A stretch of DNA of 62,042 nt, the filler included, from Hausera hauseri (Eukaryota), in assembly GCA_046269625.1 (NCBI GenBank). It is 12 parts of 12 records of this genome, joined end to end, with 100 filler letters (N's around TTAATTAATTAA, not from the genome) between each part and the next. Parts side by side here need not be neighbours in the genome. Positions count along the whole stretch, not along the records: positions 24,764 to 28,787 come from JBJURY010811199.1; positions 28,888 to 32,963 come from JBJURY010778093.1; positions 33,064 to 38,052 come from JBJURY010369260.1; 9 more parts are not named here. The stretch is one strand, 5' to 3'. Below, in pieces: positions 24,800-38,152 of the stretch. Below the pieces are notes generated by a model. The model was given only the letters and a program-made list of their open reading frames with translations, was not told where the DNA came from and did not search any database. Both the position numbers and the translations under genes were made by a program. Positions within the stretch are counted from its first letter, which is position 1; each line of letters opens with the position of its first letter.

Positions 24800-27700
24800 G
24801 GATAACAGCGATTATTATTATATTTCTCGTTTTGATAAGCGGGACTTGTGGTGACGCCCGAAACTGCGGCACCACAACAATAACTTACGAAAAGAGCTGC
24901 ATACTTCAATTTTTTACGCCACCGACATATCTGACTTTGTCTGGTTTTTTAACGGCTTCATCATCCGTCCACATGATCGTCTGTATAGTTTCTCTTGCAT
25001 TCCTCTTCATCCATTTGTAACCCGCTTCAGCCTAAACTCCATGGTGGCTCTGACCCCAACTCTGACGAGATTAATAAGTCGCCAAACATAACCTTCTTGT
25101 CGCCAACTCCTTCCACCTTTTCACACTTTTAGCAAAACATGGCTAGACTTCCACGCAAAGTGGCTAGCCTCACTTAAAATCACCGATTCCTTTCAAAAGG
25201 CCAACAATTTGCTAATTCATCTGCCACCCAACATAAAATCCTTCATTACCAATCTATCTGACATTTTCAATCGTTCCGGCCCCTACAAATCTCTATTGAA
25301 CGCTGTGACTAAAGCAACTGAGCCTTCTCTGGACTCTATAATTCAAAAATATTTCAATGAGAACGCTCTTGGATAGCAAAAACCCACTGAATTCCTGCGT
25401 ATTTCACTATCACAACTGAATTCTTTTGGAGCAAATCAACAAAATAACTCCGATCTTCTCCGACGTTACTTCCTTTCAGCTCTGCCAATCCAAATACACG
25501 CACTCCTTACTGTATTTGAGGATTTACGTCGCTCGACAAACTTGCGCAACTTGCGGACAAAAGTTACGAAAATTTTCATAACAATAATACATACAAAACG
25601 ATTTCAGCTCTACAAGCAACGAAATCACCAACAATAGTTGAACATCTACAATCAACAAACCCATGAAACAACGAGAACAATATAGTTCATGAAATTCAGA
25701 ATCTGCAAGCCGATAATGCTGCCGTACATCAAGCTATATCGGCCATCTCTAGCAAAATTGACGATTTGTCTCTACCGTGTCGCAATCGTTTTAGCGCGGA
25801 TCGAAGCAGACATTCGTCTGCAAACTCTAGGCACGTCCAGTCACCTTCGAAACAAACGGTGTGCTATTATCACACCAAATTCAATCGAAATGCCAAAAAA
25901 TGCTGTATAGGCTGCAGGTTCTATAAGCAGCGGTTCCAATCACACGATGCGGTCTGCATCTATCACAGCAAGTTTAAAGACAATGCAGAACGCTGTTTAC
26001 CTGGGTGTAAGTTTTACACCCTGAAAAATCCAACGTCTTCATCTATTAAAAAAACGAATAAAGCCGCCAATAACTACGGCAATCTCTGGCAAAGGCCATT
26101 TTTCATCATTTAATCGCCGTACAAACGCTGTTTTTCTTTTGGACGCTGCACTGACATCTTTCCCGCACCACACCAAATTTCTGATTGACTCGGGTGCTGT
26201 CGTCTCATTACTTCCTTTATCCTTCAACTCCTTAAAAATACTTCCCATGTCTGCCAGACTTTTCACTGTCAATGAGCAAGCTTTACGCATTTCTGGTACT
26301 GCAGAACTTTCTCTTACCTTAGCACGTTTTTCTGAAGTTTTCCGATAAAAAATCATAGTCGCTGACATCAAAACTCCTATCTTAGGTTCTGATTTTCTAT
26401 CACATCACAATTTACTTCTCGACTGCAGACAGAATCATGTCATCAAAAATACAATCGATAATACAAAATCACAAAACAGTATACAGCCTGTCGCAAATCT
26501 TGCTGCAATGCCGAAATCGATATTAAGGAAATCTGTAATCAAACTAAATGAATTGAGTGTTTGCAATTCCGATTGTAACGATTATATTCATACAATCACT
26601 AAAAAAATAACTGCTAATACAAACATGACTTCTCAGCCTGCATCGCCATTCTTACAACTAGATTCAGCTCTTCGCGATTATATAACAACTTCTTGTGCCA
26701 GAACATTAAAGAAAAACATCAACTTTAAGCCTGCTTCTACAACATACCATCACATCGTCACTGAACACCAAAGGCCAATTAAACAGAAGGTTAGGCCACT
26801 TTCTCCACGCAGACGCAAAGCGGTAGAGTTGGAATTTAATGAATTAGAAAAGGCAGGAATTATAAGAAGATCAAAGTCAACTTGGGCCTCACGTCTACAC
26901 GTAGTGCCCAAGAAGGACGGTACTTTCAGGCCCTGTGGCCATTACCGCCAATTGAACACCATTACGGTAATGGACGCATATCCTTTACCGCTCATCAATG
27001 ATATCCTACACAGACTCAATGGCAACACCATATTTTCATCCATCGATCTTCATAAAGCCTACCATCAGATTCCTGTCTCATTGGCCGACATACCGAAAAC
27101 GGCTGTAGCAACACCTTTCCGCCTTTTCGAGTATGTTTTCATGACATTCGGACTTCGTAGTACCTCATAAACATTTCAAAGGCACATAGATACAATGCTC
27201 ACCGGTCTAAACCTTGCGGTCCCATATATAGACGATATCCTTATCGTTTCGTCGTCTCCCAAACAGCATTCTGAGCATTTACGCATAGTTTTTCAACGCC
27301 TTCACCAAAATAATTTCGAAGTAAATTTCGCCAAATGTTCTTTTTTCCAACGCAAGATCCATTTCCTTGGTCAAGTCATCAACAAATTTGGCCACTATCC
27401 TCAGCAAAACCGCATAACTCAGCTTAAGAACATCCAATTGACAAGAACAACAACTGAAATGCGCTCTTTTCTTGGCACACTCCACTTTGTTCACAAATAT
27501 GTGCCACATTGCTTTGAATTAACCGCACCGTTTGCATTTTTATCGTCTGGAAAGAAGAAACAATTAATTCACTGTACTCCTGAACTTGTCAACCAGTTTG
27601 ACCATTTACGTGAAAGTTTAAAAACTGTCGAAATTCTAGCTTACCTCAAGCCTGACGCAGAGCTGATATTAACCACAGATGCTTCTACCACAGCAGTTGG

Positions 27701-28787
27701 CCCAATACTGCATCAAATGTCTAATGACGTCAACGAGCCTCTGGAATTTTATTCTCGGAAACACATCACCAGAATATCGTTATTCAACTTTCGACAGAGA
27801 GCTCTTAGCTATAGTATTAGCTCTAAAACACTTCTTGTGTTTGTTAATTGCCAGGTCTTTTACGACTCAAACAGACCACAAACCACTGCTTAGCATATTA
27901 GACATGAAAGCCCCTTCGCCCCGACAGGATCGTCACATATCATTCTTGTCGACATTCAGTTTCAAAATGGTACATATTTCAGGCACTAACAATCTAGTTG
28001 CCGATTTTTTATTAAGGTCGGTTAACGTCATAGGAGCCACGCAGTTTTTTTTACAATCTGTGCTTGAGCAGAACGTGCCAACGCAGGATATTCTTAAATC
28101 CTTTAAATCACACCAAATCATTGACGGCGTTGCCTGTGACACTTCTAAACACGGTAATCACAAACCAATTTTGTCTTCATCTTTGCAGAAAACTGCATTT
28201 CATAATATACATTCTCTTCATCATTCGGGTGCCAAAGCAACTTTTCGTCTTATGCAATGTAGCATTATATGGTCGTCAATGAGATCAAACGTACAGGCGT
28301 GGATTAGGGAGTGTGTGGCATGCCAGAAGTTCAAAGCTAACAGACATCTGAAGCCACCCCTTTATAATTTCCCCTGTACATCGCGTTTCGAATCCGTGCA
28401 TATTGACCTAGTAGGCCCTCTTCGACCAGATAACGGTCATCAATTCATATTGACCATGACACACCGTGCTTCTCAATGGCCAGAGGCCATTCCATTACGC
28501 TCCACCAACACGGATACACTTGCTGATGTTCTCATCAAAACTTGGATCAGCAGATTTGGCTCACCTCGTTTCATTATCACGAACCAAGGTCCACAATTTG
28601 AGTCAAATCTCTTTAAAGCCTTAATCAATCGCTTATGGATCAAACACATACACACTTCTCCATATCATCCTCAAGCGAACGGTTTACTTGAACGATTTCA
28701 CCGCACAATGAAGACCTCGCTCAAAATCCTTGCTGAATCACACAGCAACTGGACATCTCTTCTTCCACTGGTCCTGCTCGGTTGGCG
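24800..28787 (+). mobile_element. Decayed CsRn1-like Gypsy, copy D (divergent subfamily): UBL-gag-PR-RT-RNaseH-IN
   Basis: UBL end PKLHGG at 25031-25048, gag core, two CHCC motifs in 25766-26113, FLIDSGA, RT YIDDIL, RNase H TTDAS, integrase 27679-28787. Confidence 0.92.
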
Positions 28788-28887
28788 NNNNNNNNNNNNN
28801 NNNNNNNNNNNNNNNNNNNNNNNNNNNNNNNTTAATTAATTAANNNNNNNNNNNNNNNNNNNNNNNNNNNNNNNNNNNNNNNNNNNN

Positions 28888-30891
28888 ATTGAACTCGAAC
28901 ATCCCCTCATTGTAAATGGAATATTGGCATTTAAAATGATATTACATTTAGTCAAAGAATTTCAAAATGTCCTTTGATCCAACCAAATATATTATTGGTT
29001 TGTCGAATTCAGACATCAACGACAGAATATCAAAATATCACGTTATTGAGTACGATTGAATTGTCTAGGCAATTAATAACTGAATTTTTTCTGAAAGATT
29101 ATTCTGCTGTCGATCTGAGCAACATGCATGAGGAAACTGTTTATCGGGAATTTTCTTTCTTTTTTCAAAATTATAATTCAATCGAAGATGCACGAAAGAA
29201 TTTGAATTTACCAAAATTAAAAGCAATTATTTTTATCAAATCAGCGCCGTAGGAAAAGTTAATTTCCCTGTCTACGAAAAGCGTCATTTACCCACTAGAC
29301 AATGAATTTCTTTCTCAACCGATGAACATCCAAAAAGATATCAACACAAGTGAATATTCAGAAAATATTTGCCAGATTCTTTATGCAATTTATAACGGGG
29401 ATTCCTATTATGATTCGATTATTCCACGAGTTAATTTAGAGGAAAATATTAACGTTCTGGTGTTTCTTGCAAGTGGACAAGATGGCATTCTGATGCATAA
29501 ATGGATAGCATCAACAATGCAAAATAGCCGGAATATTCAAGTGATCAAAATTGACGGGGAATGCATCGTTGAAAAGCCGACATTTCAATCATCGCTAGTC
29601 GTTTTAGCCAATTGCGCTGATAAACTTTTAATCGATTCTCTCCAAGTTCAATTTAATTACGTAGTTGATTCGGGCTTCGTTACGATTTCTCGTTGGCATA
29701 TCGTGTCTCACACTGACGTTAACATTGTCACAAAAATCGATTTTTCCGAATATTTATTACGATCGAGTTATGCGAAAAAGAACTGTCGACATTTACAATT
29801 GTATTCCGTTGGAGATTTCCAAACAAAATTAGACAATAGTAATTATGGTACAGAGAAAATATCTTCTGATTTGACGGATTATTTGTTCTGTCTGTTTGCA
29901 ATTTCTACCGATTCCAATCAAATTGCCGAATCGTTTGTCTGGTATGCGTTGTTAAAACCCCATCTCGACGCTGCAGTGACGACTCTTGTTCGTACCGGAT
30001 TAATTCACCGAGTTGTAGCTCCGGATGATAACGAACCAAAAACTCTATCATTGATTTTGAAGAATTATCAGGTTTCGTCGTTTTTATTGATTGTTGAATA
30101 ATTTTCATTTGGAATTTTAGTTGACCGAATTAGGTAAAGAATGCCGATCCGTTCTGTACTTTGATTGCCGTAGTGCGTTGGTTATGTCAAAGTCAATGGC
30201 CGATGGATTATTTGGGTCGTGTTTTACGATTCTGTGTCTATTGCGTGTAGCCGATGGTTTATTTAGTGAAAATTTCACCGTTAGACACATTGAAGTATGC
30301 TCACCACAATTAATTGTATCTCTTTTTAATTACTATTTTTATCAACCAATCAAAATTGACTTTTCTATTTTTAGAGATTAAAAGAATTTTATGTTGGAAA
30401 TGATGATATTGAGTTTCTGTTGCTTCTTTATCGGCACATGTTTAAAGTATCGAAAGAAGAACGAGCAAAATCGTCTAAACGATTGTGTATCAACAAGTGC
30501 GTACTGAACAAAGCCGCTAAAATTCGCAGTGCGATTAAATCTCGCTATATGAAAACTGGTAACAGTGATATGTCACCGAAAATCGACGGATATGTTCGGT
30601 GTCTGATTTCAGCGTATCCGTTACAGGTTTGTGACAACGGTCGAGAATTATTATTGATTTTCGTTCGTTTTTCGACAGTTGGCGAGATATTCGCCGGAAT
30701 TGAAAATGTACTTGCGATTGTCCAATCCGAAATACAAATTGCAAATCGATCCGTTTTCATTCGCCCGTAACGATGCTGATCCGCCGCAATTCGTATTTTA
30801 CTATGCAGCCTACGTTAAAGATGGTGTTTTCCATATGAAATATGTCAGTCCGATTACTGAGGAAGTTTGGAATGAGTTCGCACAAGTTTGA
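28888..30891 (+). CDS. Highly divergent DEAH/RHA-family RNA helicase-like gene, 5'-partial, spliced
   Basis: VVLANCADK..FNYVVDSGFV (motif V region), HA2-like AVTTLVRTGLI..LTELGK, OB-fold-like PQFVFYY..HMKYVSPITEEVW; short GT-AG introns near 30072-30120, 30295-30374 and 30628-30678 join these frames. Confidence 0.7.
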
Positions 30892-31207
30892 GTTTGGGGG
30901 TAGGGAATTTCCGATTAGCTTTTTTATCGATAGAGAGATGAATATTTTTCTATACGTTGGTTTTCTTTTTGTTGCCTTCTTTTTATGATTATGGTATCCC
31001 CTCCCCCCTCGCCGCACCCTCCATCCGTCGAATTTTTGTGGGAAGTAAAACAATATCTCCACCCCGTGTCATAACTAATTTTTCTTTGTTCCTCATATTT
31101 GATGCTTGACCCCTCTCCCTCCGGACCCTTGAAATTTATTCAAAGTATGGTTTTACGCTCTCCGGAGAGACGGTTCTTTATTTAAATAAACATCCGCATA
31201 ACAAAAT

Positions 31208-32725
31208 TTACACATCTTCATTAAGCTTTTCTTTCTTTGCTAAACTCAAATCTTCGCCATTGTCTATGGCATTATTTCCTGGTTTCGACAGAGTTCCGAT
31301 ATCCTTTGAATCGCCATTTAAAATGGTATTTATTTCCACCTGAACAAAGGCCCATGGAGACGTTGATCCAGGAAGAATGCACTTATCGGAACTTGGACAG
31401 TAAATCTCATCGTGAATATAATCAAAGTTGGACTGGGTTTGATGCTTATGGATATAATTTTTCGTGCATTCAAAACAAAATTTATGTTCGGCCACTGCCG
31501 GGCATTGGACAAAATGCGTTCCTTCCAACTTAACAAAGCAATTTCGACATTTTGCCTTTGATGGAAAGGTTTCCATTTGTTCGTTTGAAAAATCCGATAA
31601 GAAATTATTATCGTTTTGAGACTGGATTCGGCTTTTCCGGATATCCTTCGAACTGTTTTGCCACAGAAGTTTAACAGATGATGTAACCCCGTGTTGGGGT
31701 GAGGTGTCTTTTCGTTTCCGAGAGGTGTATGAGAAGTTGTACTTATTCGGTTTTAAATTTTTGCAAATTGCATTGCTTTTTGATTTACAAACATTATTCG
31801 GTTGGGGTAGAATCGTTAAATCGTGTGAGATCTTCTCTTTGAAACATATTACAGACGCTGGAAGCCAAACACTGAGCTTCTCCCATAAATTACTATTGGA
31901 TTTAACTTCATATTCGAAATGGATCGTCTTCTTTTCGTTAACATCCAATGACTCCGGTTGTGGTAACAAACTCATCTGTGCATCATAAATCGTCATAATA
32001 TGATTGTAAAATGCTTCCAATGAAGGAAAGTAATTTCCAGATGCGATGGGAAACTCGATAGTTAAATGTAATTCTTGGGTATTTGCAAAACCCGATGAGT
32101 CCGTTGATTGTTGCTTTAACTCGCCTTTGACGACGATAGCTCGCACAGTCGGCAACAATGAACATCGAATGAGAAATGGACAACATTTATTAACGGTATC
32201 CAAAGTATCGAACATTACAGTTGACGTTTCATCGATTTCGTTATTCTTAAATAATCCCAATAGTGATAAAGCATGTTGAGGTTGTAATACAGATGCAAGC
32301 GAACGAATCGTAGCTTCCGACGACATGTTTAACAAGTGTTGAATAGACATTTGATTGAAAAACTGAGGATTAAAATGACTCGTTTTTAACGTACTTGAAA
32401 TTCCGCAATTGTCGAGTGACGTAGAGTTCGGTGAAATACTGTTAAAAGATTGACCCTGGTTACTCTGAAGACTGACGGTACTCGAAAAGTTATCCGTTCG
32501 ACGATACGTTGATGCATACTCGCACTTCATCGTTTTCGCCTGTTCGAGAACGAGTTCAATCCGATCCGCCCCTTCATAATTCACACAACCGCGACAAACA
32601 ACTTCACTGAAATCGTGAACCATTGCCCATGGATAACGAGGCAAATCGCAGAGATAGCAGTGCTGTCTCTGAGAACAATTGATCGAGTTCGATTGCAGAA
32701 AGTTTCGTTGTTTGAAATGAGTCAT
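31208..32725 (-). CDS. IRF2BP: Interferon regulatory factor 2-binding protein (IRF2BP1/2/L, Pits) homolog, intact single exon
   Basis: N-terminal zinc finger [38 protein letters not shown] and C-terminal [22 protein letters not shown]...[21 protein letters not shown]; 505 aa from ATG to TAA. Confidence 0.96.
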   Translation of the reverse strand: MTHFKQRNFLQSNSINCSQRQHCYLCDLPRYPWAMVHDFSEVVCRGCVNYEGADRIELVLEQAKTMKCEYASTYRRTDNFSSTVSLQSNQGQSFNSISPNSTSLDNCGISSTLKTSHFNPQFFNQMSIQHLLNMSSEATIRSLASVLQPQHALSLLGLFKNNEIDETSTVMFDTLDTVNKCCPFLIRCSLLPTVRAIVVKGELKQQSTDSSGFANTQELHLTIEFPIASGNYFPSLEAFYNHIMTIYDAQMSLLPQPESLDVNEKKTIHFEYEVKSNSNLWEKLSVWLPASVICFKEKISHDLTILPQPNNVCKSKSNAICKNLKPNKYNFSYTSRKRKDTSPQHGVTSSVKLLWQNSSKDIRKSRIQSQNDNNFLSDFSNEQMETFPSKAKCRNCFVKLEGTHFVQCPAVAEHKFCFECTKNYIHKHQTQSNFDYIHDEIYCPSSDKCILPGSTSPWAFVQVEINTILNGDSKDIGTLSKPGNNAIDNGEDLSLAKKEKLNEDV

Positions 32726-33423
32726 AAATGTTGATAAATTTTCTAATAAATTTTCGATAAATTCTTCAGTCGTTGTTTTCTTTTTTTTGTTAGTTGAACT
32801 AGACCACTTTGATTCGTACTACTACTATTTGTTCTTGTCGTCTATTAAATAGGACTTCTCTGTCTTTTTAGTACAACATGCAACCTTTCGTGACTTAATA
32901 TCAGTGGATAAGAGGCCCATACTGGATTCTTCTCACGTATACTTCGTGACAAATTGGAAAACGNNNNNNNNNNNNNNNNNNNNNNNNNNNNNNNNNNNNN
33001 NNNNNNNTTAATTAATTAANNNNNNNNNNNNNNNNNNNNNNNNNNNNNNNNNNNNNNNNNNNNTATACGGCTTTCTAGATGAATTAAAGGCCTACAATTG
33101 TTGAGTTCAGACAGATTAACTTTTGCAAAAAATGTTGGCTTGTTCATGCTTCATTCCGCAAAATTGTAGGCTCAAAACTTATTCAATTAGTTAATTCACA
33201 AACTTGTAACATTTTTAAAATTTGGTCTGAACTTTCACTCAAACAATCGATAATAATTAGCCAACTAGAAAAATTGGAATGAAAAATGTAAGTCCTAACA
33301 TCCTTAACATGTAAATCCCAATACATATATTGTTTTCTTATGATTTCCCAATACAGAAAAATCTCAATAAATTCCAAATTCTGCGGGATAAAATATGTAC
33401 GATTAATTATGTTTTCTATGCAA

Positions 33424-33870
33424 TGTTCCATGAAATAAAATTGGTTTAATTAACTACAACTTCTCTGCAAGTCTTGTTTATTAACGTTGCTTAAAGAAGA
33501 AAATATACTGAACACTAATAAATTTAAATAACAAATTTTTACCAACAACTAAATATACAAAACAGAAATATAATTTGATAAATACTTACGGACTAAAGAA
33601 ATTAAAATACAATTCCTCGAATTTCTGTAATAGAAATTTTATAGATAGCAATGAACACAATTTTTTCTCCACGAATCGCCGTTGCTTACTGTTGCCTATT
33701 GCGTTCTAACTTTTCTGCGTTCCTTAACTGATTTCTGCTGAAATATTTGTATCAGCGACACAGCAAATAAATTCAGCGCCGACGCGAAATAAAAATTCCA
33801 ACAAAATTAAATTAGTCGCGCGCAGAATTATCAAATCAAGGTCATCAAAGAGTCTAGACATTATGTAACA
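33424..33870 (-). repeat. Putative 3' LTR of Gypsy element E
   Basis: Minus strand: purine tract AGGGACGGAGAA (33871-33882), then TGTTAC...AATAAA (near 33480)...GGAACA; no second copy in the window. Confidence 0.6.
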
Positions 33871-34929
33871 TTCTCCGTCCCTAAAGAAAATAGTGGACTA
33901 ACACGAATAACAAATATAAAATACAAAATAAATAAATGATATTTACAAGAGTAATAAGACAAGCATGATCATGAAGGGTTACATAACCAAGAGATACAAC
34001 ATAACACTGTAAATTAATATATACAAACATATAAAGATAATCATGCAGAAAATGATCACGAATCTAACAGTCTATGTCAACGATACTTCGAATGTCATTC
34101 TAAATTCTGAAAGTCAACATTTGCTCTGGATCGAGTATTTTGTTCTTGGGTATTCGCTCAATCGGAATTAAAACTGGCTTTTGAAACTTCATCAACATTA
34201 CATATATCAACTTCCCTCCCTTATACTCGCCTTTCAATTTTGACACTTACATTGTTCTTCAACTGCACTTGGATTTTCACATTAAACTCTGTGTCCAATC
34301 TGATAGATAATCTATATAATTTTTCGTATTTCTCGAAGTGAAGAATTTTGAAGTCAACTGATCTTTCGAATATAAACCCGATTATTTCATTATTATAATT
34401 ATCCCAGGAGTGTAAGCTGATCTTGGGTATTGACTGGTCAGTATATAATGGAATTTCGATGGAATCAATTACTACTGGAAAACTGAAATTTTTTGTATAC
34501 ATGATAATCCCATACGGAAAGGCGAAAGTTTCAAATTTCAACAACCATTTTATTATTCTATTAGTAAATTTGTCGAAGTCAGTTATGTCGGTTTGTACCG
34601 CAGTGGAAAAGGTCTGAACAGTGTCTCGTTTCCAATTATTAACCGATTCACAATCCTCATTAGTACCTTGGATATGATCCTCTTCCTGTAATTTCCTTTC
34701 TTCTTCTGCTACTGTATCGGAAATCTCTGATAGCGAAGGTGTTCTTAGTTCTTCCATTATTTCATCAATTATTGTTTTAGTATTCTGCGTTAATTTTCGT
34801 GTGGAGTGGTAAATCCATGCGAAAGCCGTTGTGTATTTTTCTCTATTGTAAAGCAATTCTCGTGGATCAACTACATTATTGAATGGATCAGGTGGGGTCC
34901 AAAATACTTTTAAAGGATTCTGTATCAAT

Positions 34930-35390
34930 TGGAGGATATCAATTGTAAGATTCAACTTCCCATGATTATCTTGGGCATAATTTTGTCCTGTCCGCATCTT
35001 TGGTAGTTTGAGGAGAGTACTAACATTTGCTAAAGTAACTTGTTGAAATTTTCTCCCGACAATTGCCTCATGTTTCAATAAGTCAATTATTCCTGCGCAA
35101 TAGTTAAATGGAATATCGAACATTTCTATCATTTTGTGTTTCTAATCCAATCACAACAGTTCCTAATAACCAATTTATCATTTCTTTTGTAACATCGACT
35201 ATGTCTTGACCATAATACGCAATATACTCCGGAAGTATGCCCTGTCTTATTGAGTTAACATTGTGTAACTTCTTTCGATTAGCTACCACCACCTCATAAA
35301 GGATAGCGCCTTGCTTATTAGCTATTATGACGTGGATGGGTAGAGGACTATTATCTTTCATATATCCAATTGATACTGTTAATACACTGA
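34930..35390 (-). pseudogene. REX4/ISG20-like DEDDh 3'-5' exonuclease-fold domain, catalytic residues largely lost
   Basis: HVIIANKQGAILYEVVV..NSIRQGILPEYI..GQDIVDVTKEMINWLLGTVVIGLETQND/IEMFDI follows the REX4 pattern RVSIVN..G.VLYD..V..T..SGI.PE..V..EV..LL.G.ILVGH...ND; one frameshift near 35130. Confidence 0.65.
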
Positions 35391-38152
35391 GTGTATTGGT
35401 CTGGTTTGTATTAATGAAATTGACTCTGGCTTGCTTTACCACTTCTGGAGGATTATTGACCAAAATCATGGGCCTTGGAAGATATAAAGGTTTTTCTGGC
35501 AACAGCCATTCCAACATTGTTATTACTGGTGAATGTACTGGTCTTGCCTAAATTACGTCAATGCTCATTGGGGTACTGATAAATAGAGATTCTTCTTCGT
35601 AAACTGAATTGATACTTGAATCCAAATATCGATGTTCATTTCTTGTCTTCATGCAAGTCACACCTCTGGCTACGTATATTATTATTCCTTCTATTGCATC
35701 GGTTTTTGACATATACTGTTTCATCTCGAACTGTTGTGTTTCATGAATCGTATAAATACCAAGATTTCTGTTTACAGTTATTTCGTGCTTAAGTTGGTTG
35801 GGAATTCTAACCACGTTTAAAGCTACGAAATTATCGGTTTTCAACATCTGTCTCCTGATGTTATTATAGAAGGTCTTTGATAATGTTTTATTAATACTGC
35901 TTTTTATACCGATAGTTTTGAATTAAAATTTGTGAATCCAATTGATCTGTGTGGAATCGTGGGCAGATTTTTGATGATTGCAAGTTTGATTATATTTGGG
36001 TTTCCGTTTTGGTATTTTCGGATTTTGTCGCTTCATTTTGGCTTTTCGCAAGTAATTGCACTTGACTATACGACGAGCTGAAAATAAATTAAAATCGTTT
36101 AAATACTCACTTGTACTGCTTTGTGCACACACATAAGGACACACAACAAATGAATATGTTAATAATGTGACTATTTGTGGAGGCGCGTGTATTGTATGCG
36201 ATAACTGTTCGTGCAGATGATTGGTTTGCGACCACCATCTTGATATTCGAGGGAAATGACACGTGCTAGTGTTAAAATGATTGTATCTTATTATTTGTGG
36301 GACGATTAAAGTGCCTATAGCCAACGTAAACAACAAAGCTATACTTAAGATGATGATTAGTGAGGCACAAATAACAAGTCAGTACTCTCAATTTTTGGTT
36401 TCATAGTCAGAGAATCATTTCTAATGTCATTTTTATAATAGCTGAATTTGACTACTTTATTTACTTTCGTTAAGTATTTAACGTAAATTTCAGAATAGTG
36501 GGTACAGTTTTTATTACTGCTAAATATTCAGTATCGGAACTTAGCCTTACACAATAAGCGTATTTTTGTTTCTTTTCAAAAATAATTCTCTGTTGGTGAT
36601 GTTGGTTTATACAAGTCATACTAACCCATGTATTTCGAGTATTCATTTGATGATTCCAAGCGAATGCTATTCTATCTTGCTTAGGGTAAGTTAATACAAA
36701 TAAATTTTTAGTGATTTCTATATCGTTATACTTAGCTATCTTTTTATACTGCTTATAGGATATGTTACATCTATTTTTCTCGGTCATGAAAGTTATGTCA
36801 TAAACACATTCATTAATTTTAAAGTGTATTAGGCATTAGATGCTCGATTTAACTGTCAAATGTAAGTCCCATTTGTCTTCTTTATTGGTCTTAAAATTTA
36901 GTGCCGGTAAGAAAAATGGCTGATCTCTAATCACTAAAAGACAGGTTAAACTATTGTCGTTACCCAAATCCGTAAAGGCTAGTTTTTCGCTATAAAAAAT
37001 CACTATTCGTACTATATTACTAGTAGGTCTCTTTCTAAACCTTATACAACCCTTTTCAAAATCTGGTCCTAGCACTTGCATTTCTTTGTTAAATATCTCG
37101 TCACTATATGTATAATTTTGATTATGCTTAATTAGTTGCATTATTGATTTATAAGGAATATTAAATTGACCATAACTCATATGGGTACAAGACAGCAAAA
37201 TAATAAGTATGCAAATAATTGTTAGCAAATTGGTGGACAACAAATTTGGTGATGTAAAACCGAATTTTCCGGTATACGATCTTGGAGCTTTTGTTACGTT
37301 TTGCATCGATACATTCTCTATTTTCCCTGGAGACTTTTCTATGAATAGAGCTTGTGGTCTTACTTTCACAACTTTGTATGGACCTTTGCCAGTGCGGGTT
37401 AATTTTAGTGATCTTCTTCTAGCTGTGACTGGGTAATGTATCATGACAAAATCTCCAATTTTATATGGGTTTGGGTGAGCCATTTTATTGTAATATTTAG
37501 TGTAGGATTTTTATAGTCATCTCTAACTGCTCGCGCTTGTTCTCCATATTCGCTCAAGTGTTTAGTAATGCTGTATAGTTTTCCTCTTGCGGGTTCCCCG
37601 TAAATGGTAGAGCTTTTGGCAGTAGCTCGACATCCTATGGTAGCAACGGAAGTCTTCCAAACATTAATTTGTATGGTGTTTTATTTGTGCTTCTTGCTGG
37701 TATAGTATTCTTGTCTAAAGCTATAGTTGGTAACTTTTCTAACCAATTTTTCTTATCTGCAGAGACTTATACGGATAAAATTCCTTGTACAGTTCTATTA
37801 GAACGTTCTACTTTACCATGACATTGTGGATGGTAAGCTGTGGTTAAAACATGTATAGTTTGTAGTACCTTTATGACCTCATTAAACAAATAACTCGTAA
37901 AATACGAGGCTCAATTAGTTAATATTAATCTAGATGATCCTAAAACACATATCAGTTTGTTAAACTGTTCTATTGCTATCGTTTCCGTAGTCATAGCTTT
38001 TAATGGGTTTAATATAATGTAACTTGTGTAATAGTCAATGAAGCTCAATATANNNNNNNNNNNNNNNNNNNNNNNNNNNNNNNNNNNNNNNNNNNNTTAA
38101 TTAATTAANNNNNNNNNNNNNNNNNNNNNNNNNNNNNNNNNNNNNNNNNNNN

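Larger units (their letters stand above)
33424..38052 (-). mobile_element. Gypsy element E (separate lineage): integrase C-terminus, about 3.2 kb accessory coding region, PPT and LTR
   Basis: Integrase YHPQCHGKVERSNRTV..TPYKLMFGR..GDFVMI..KL..GPYKVV, continuing into ORFs 36836-37483, 36470-36787, 35923-36336, 35548-35847, 35104-35517 and 34221-35132. Confidence 0.8.

Noticed and set aside
24849-24864. TGGTGACGCCCGA as a tRNA-Trp primer-binding site
   Set aside because: Imperfect match, no CA LTR end before it, and it falls within the UBL coding region of copy D.
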